DNA of 25,648 bases from an uncultured Muribaculaceae bacterium (lineage in GTDB: Bacteria > Bacillota_I > Bacilli_A > RF39 > UBA660), in contig CAYNHX010000004.1 in assembly GCA_964397275.1 (NCBI GenBank), forward strand, positions 1,129 through 26,776. Reading direction: 5' to 3'. Shown here in pieces: positions 24,981 through 25,648 of this stretch. The notes beneath the pieces are model-generated. The model ran no database searches and was not told where the DNA came from. It saw nothing but the letters and a program-made list of their open reading frames with translations. Within the stretch, counting starts at the first letter, position 1. Every line of letters begins with the position of its first letter. A program made the translations under genes and the position numbers.

Positions 24981-25333
24981 AAAATATTATTATATTTATT
25001 ATTTATTTTATTTTTTCTTGCACAGGAATGGTTTTAGTGAAATTCGGAGGGCAAAGTGAGTCAAAAGTGATTTTTAATTTACCCATATTAAATCTTACAA
25101 TGTCAACTATAACATTTATTGGATTCTTATTTTATGGTCTTAGTTTTGTTCTTTATTCATATTTATTAAGCAAATATGAATTATCCTTTTTAAATCCAGT
25201 AACAATTGGGATAACTGCGATAATTATTTTATTTTGTTCTATTATTATTTTTAATGAAACGATTACATTATCAAAGATATTAGGCTTAGTATTAATCATT
25301 TTTGGGGTATTAATAATAAATATATTTAAGTGA
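24977..25333 (+). CDS. Small 4-TM SMR/EamA-like transporter, candidate ArnE/ArnF-type lipid-phosphate-sugar flippase
   Basis: 118 aa, four hydrophobic helices, YELSFLNPV, IIFNETITLSKILGLVLIIFGV; ATGA overlap with the oxidoreductase. Confidence 0.8.
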   Translation: MKNIIIFIIYFIFSCTGMVLVKFGGQSESKVIFNLPILNLTMSTITFIGFLFYGLSFVLYSYLLSKYELSFLNPVTIGITAIIILFCSIIIFNETITLSKILGLVLIIFGVLIINIFK

Positions 25334-25356
25334 TGTCTACTAATAAAAAAACCCTT

Positions 25357-25384
25357 AAGATAAATAATTTATTTATCTTTTTTT
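25357..25384 (+). terminator. Intrinsic terminator closing the glycan locus
   Basis: AAGATAAATA-ATT-TATTTATCTT followed by a T-run. Confidence 0.65.
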
Positions 25385-25390
25385 ATTAAA

Positions 25391-25399
25391 TGTTATAAT
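25391..25399 (+). promoter_or_regulatory. Extended -10 element for the downstream methyltransferase
   Basis: TG-T-TATAAT, then RBS GAGGTG at 25406-25411. Confidence 0.6.
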
Positions 25400-25415
25400 A
25401 TGTATGAGGTGTAAT

Positions 25416-25648
25416 ATGAATATAGTAAATAACTGGAAAGATTATGAAATACTAGATATGACAAGTGGAGAAAAAGTAGAAAAATGGGGTAAGTATATTT
25501 TAAGAAGACCAGATCCTCAAGTTATATGGTCTGATAAGAATAATATTAATATTTGGAATAAAGTTGATGCTATATACCATAGAAGCAGCACAGGTGGAGG
25601 GTACTGGGAAAATATAAATAGCATACCTTCTTTTTGGCAAATTAAGTA
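25416..25648 (+). CDS. Class I SAM-dependent methyltransferase (RlmI/RlmK-related), N-terminal fragment, truncated by the window end; not in the ORF track
   Basis: My translation: MNIVNNWKDYEILDMTSGEKVEKWGKYILRRPDPQVIWSDKNNINIWNKVDAIYHRSSTGGGYWENINSIPSFWQIK. This matches the WKDYE...GEK.E.WG....RPDPQ.IW...Y.RS..GGG.W N-terminus of a Firmicutes methyltransferase family. Frame is open to the end. Confidence 0.8.
   Translation, partial: MNIVNNWKDYEILDMTSGEKVEKWGKYILRRPDPQVIWSDKNNINIWNKVDAIYHRSSTGGGYWENINSIPSFWQIK

Noticed and set aside
1-25648. Alternative genetic code (TGA = Trp) given the Mollicute-like composition
   Set aside because: TGA ends pyk, wzt, DUF2304, the oxidoreductase and the SMR gene at family-appropriate lengths, and Trp is encoded by TGG.
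1-25648. tRNA, rRNA, riboswitch, CRISPR array, IS or prophage
   Set aside because: All intergenic gaps are under 100 nt and are explained by terminators, promoters and RBSs. I saw no spaced direct repeats and no transposase or integrase motifs.

Overview
Very AT-rich chromosomal window of a low-GC Bacilli-like bacterium. TGA is used as stop and TGG as Trp, so genetic code 11; an RF39/Erysipelotrichales-like lineage is an inference from composition and gene content only. The left 9.6 kb is housekeeping plus two orphan membrane-anchored proteins: 5'-truncated dnaE, pyk, an RNase J with degenerate active-site motifs, a 204-aa bitopic protein, typA/bipA, a ~500-aa Ig-like surface protein and an Hsp20 whose promoter lies inside a CIRCE palindrome. 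Positions 9694-25333 are a self-contained cell-surface glycan locus, bounded by terminators at both ends. It encodes four GT4s, two stand-alone GT2s, an O-antigen-ligase-like membrane protein, Wzt/Wzm, a small coiled-coil protein, a GT-C-like membrane protein fused to a polyprenol-phosphate GT2, a second GT-C-like protein, DUF2304, a Gfo/Idh/MocA oxidoreductase and a 4-TM SMR/ArnE-like transporter. The ORF track labels the ligase-like gene '+', but it is on the minus strand. A 3'-truncated SAM methyltransferase gene, absent from the track, starts at 25416. The best novelty candidates are the loader-transferase fusion and the lipid-phosphate-sugar decoration module around it. I saw no rRNA, tRNA, CRISPR array or mobile element. 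All family assignments come from motif recognition by eye, not from database searches.
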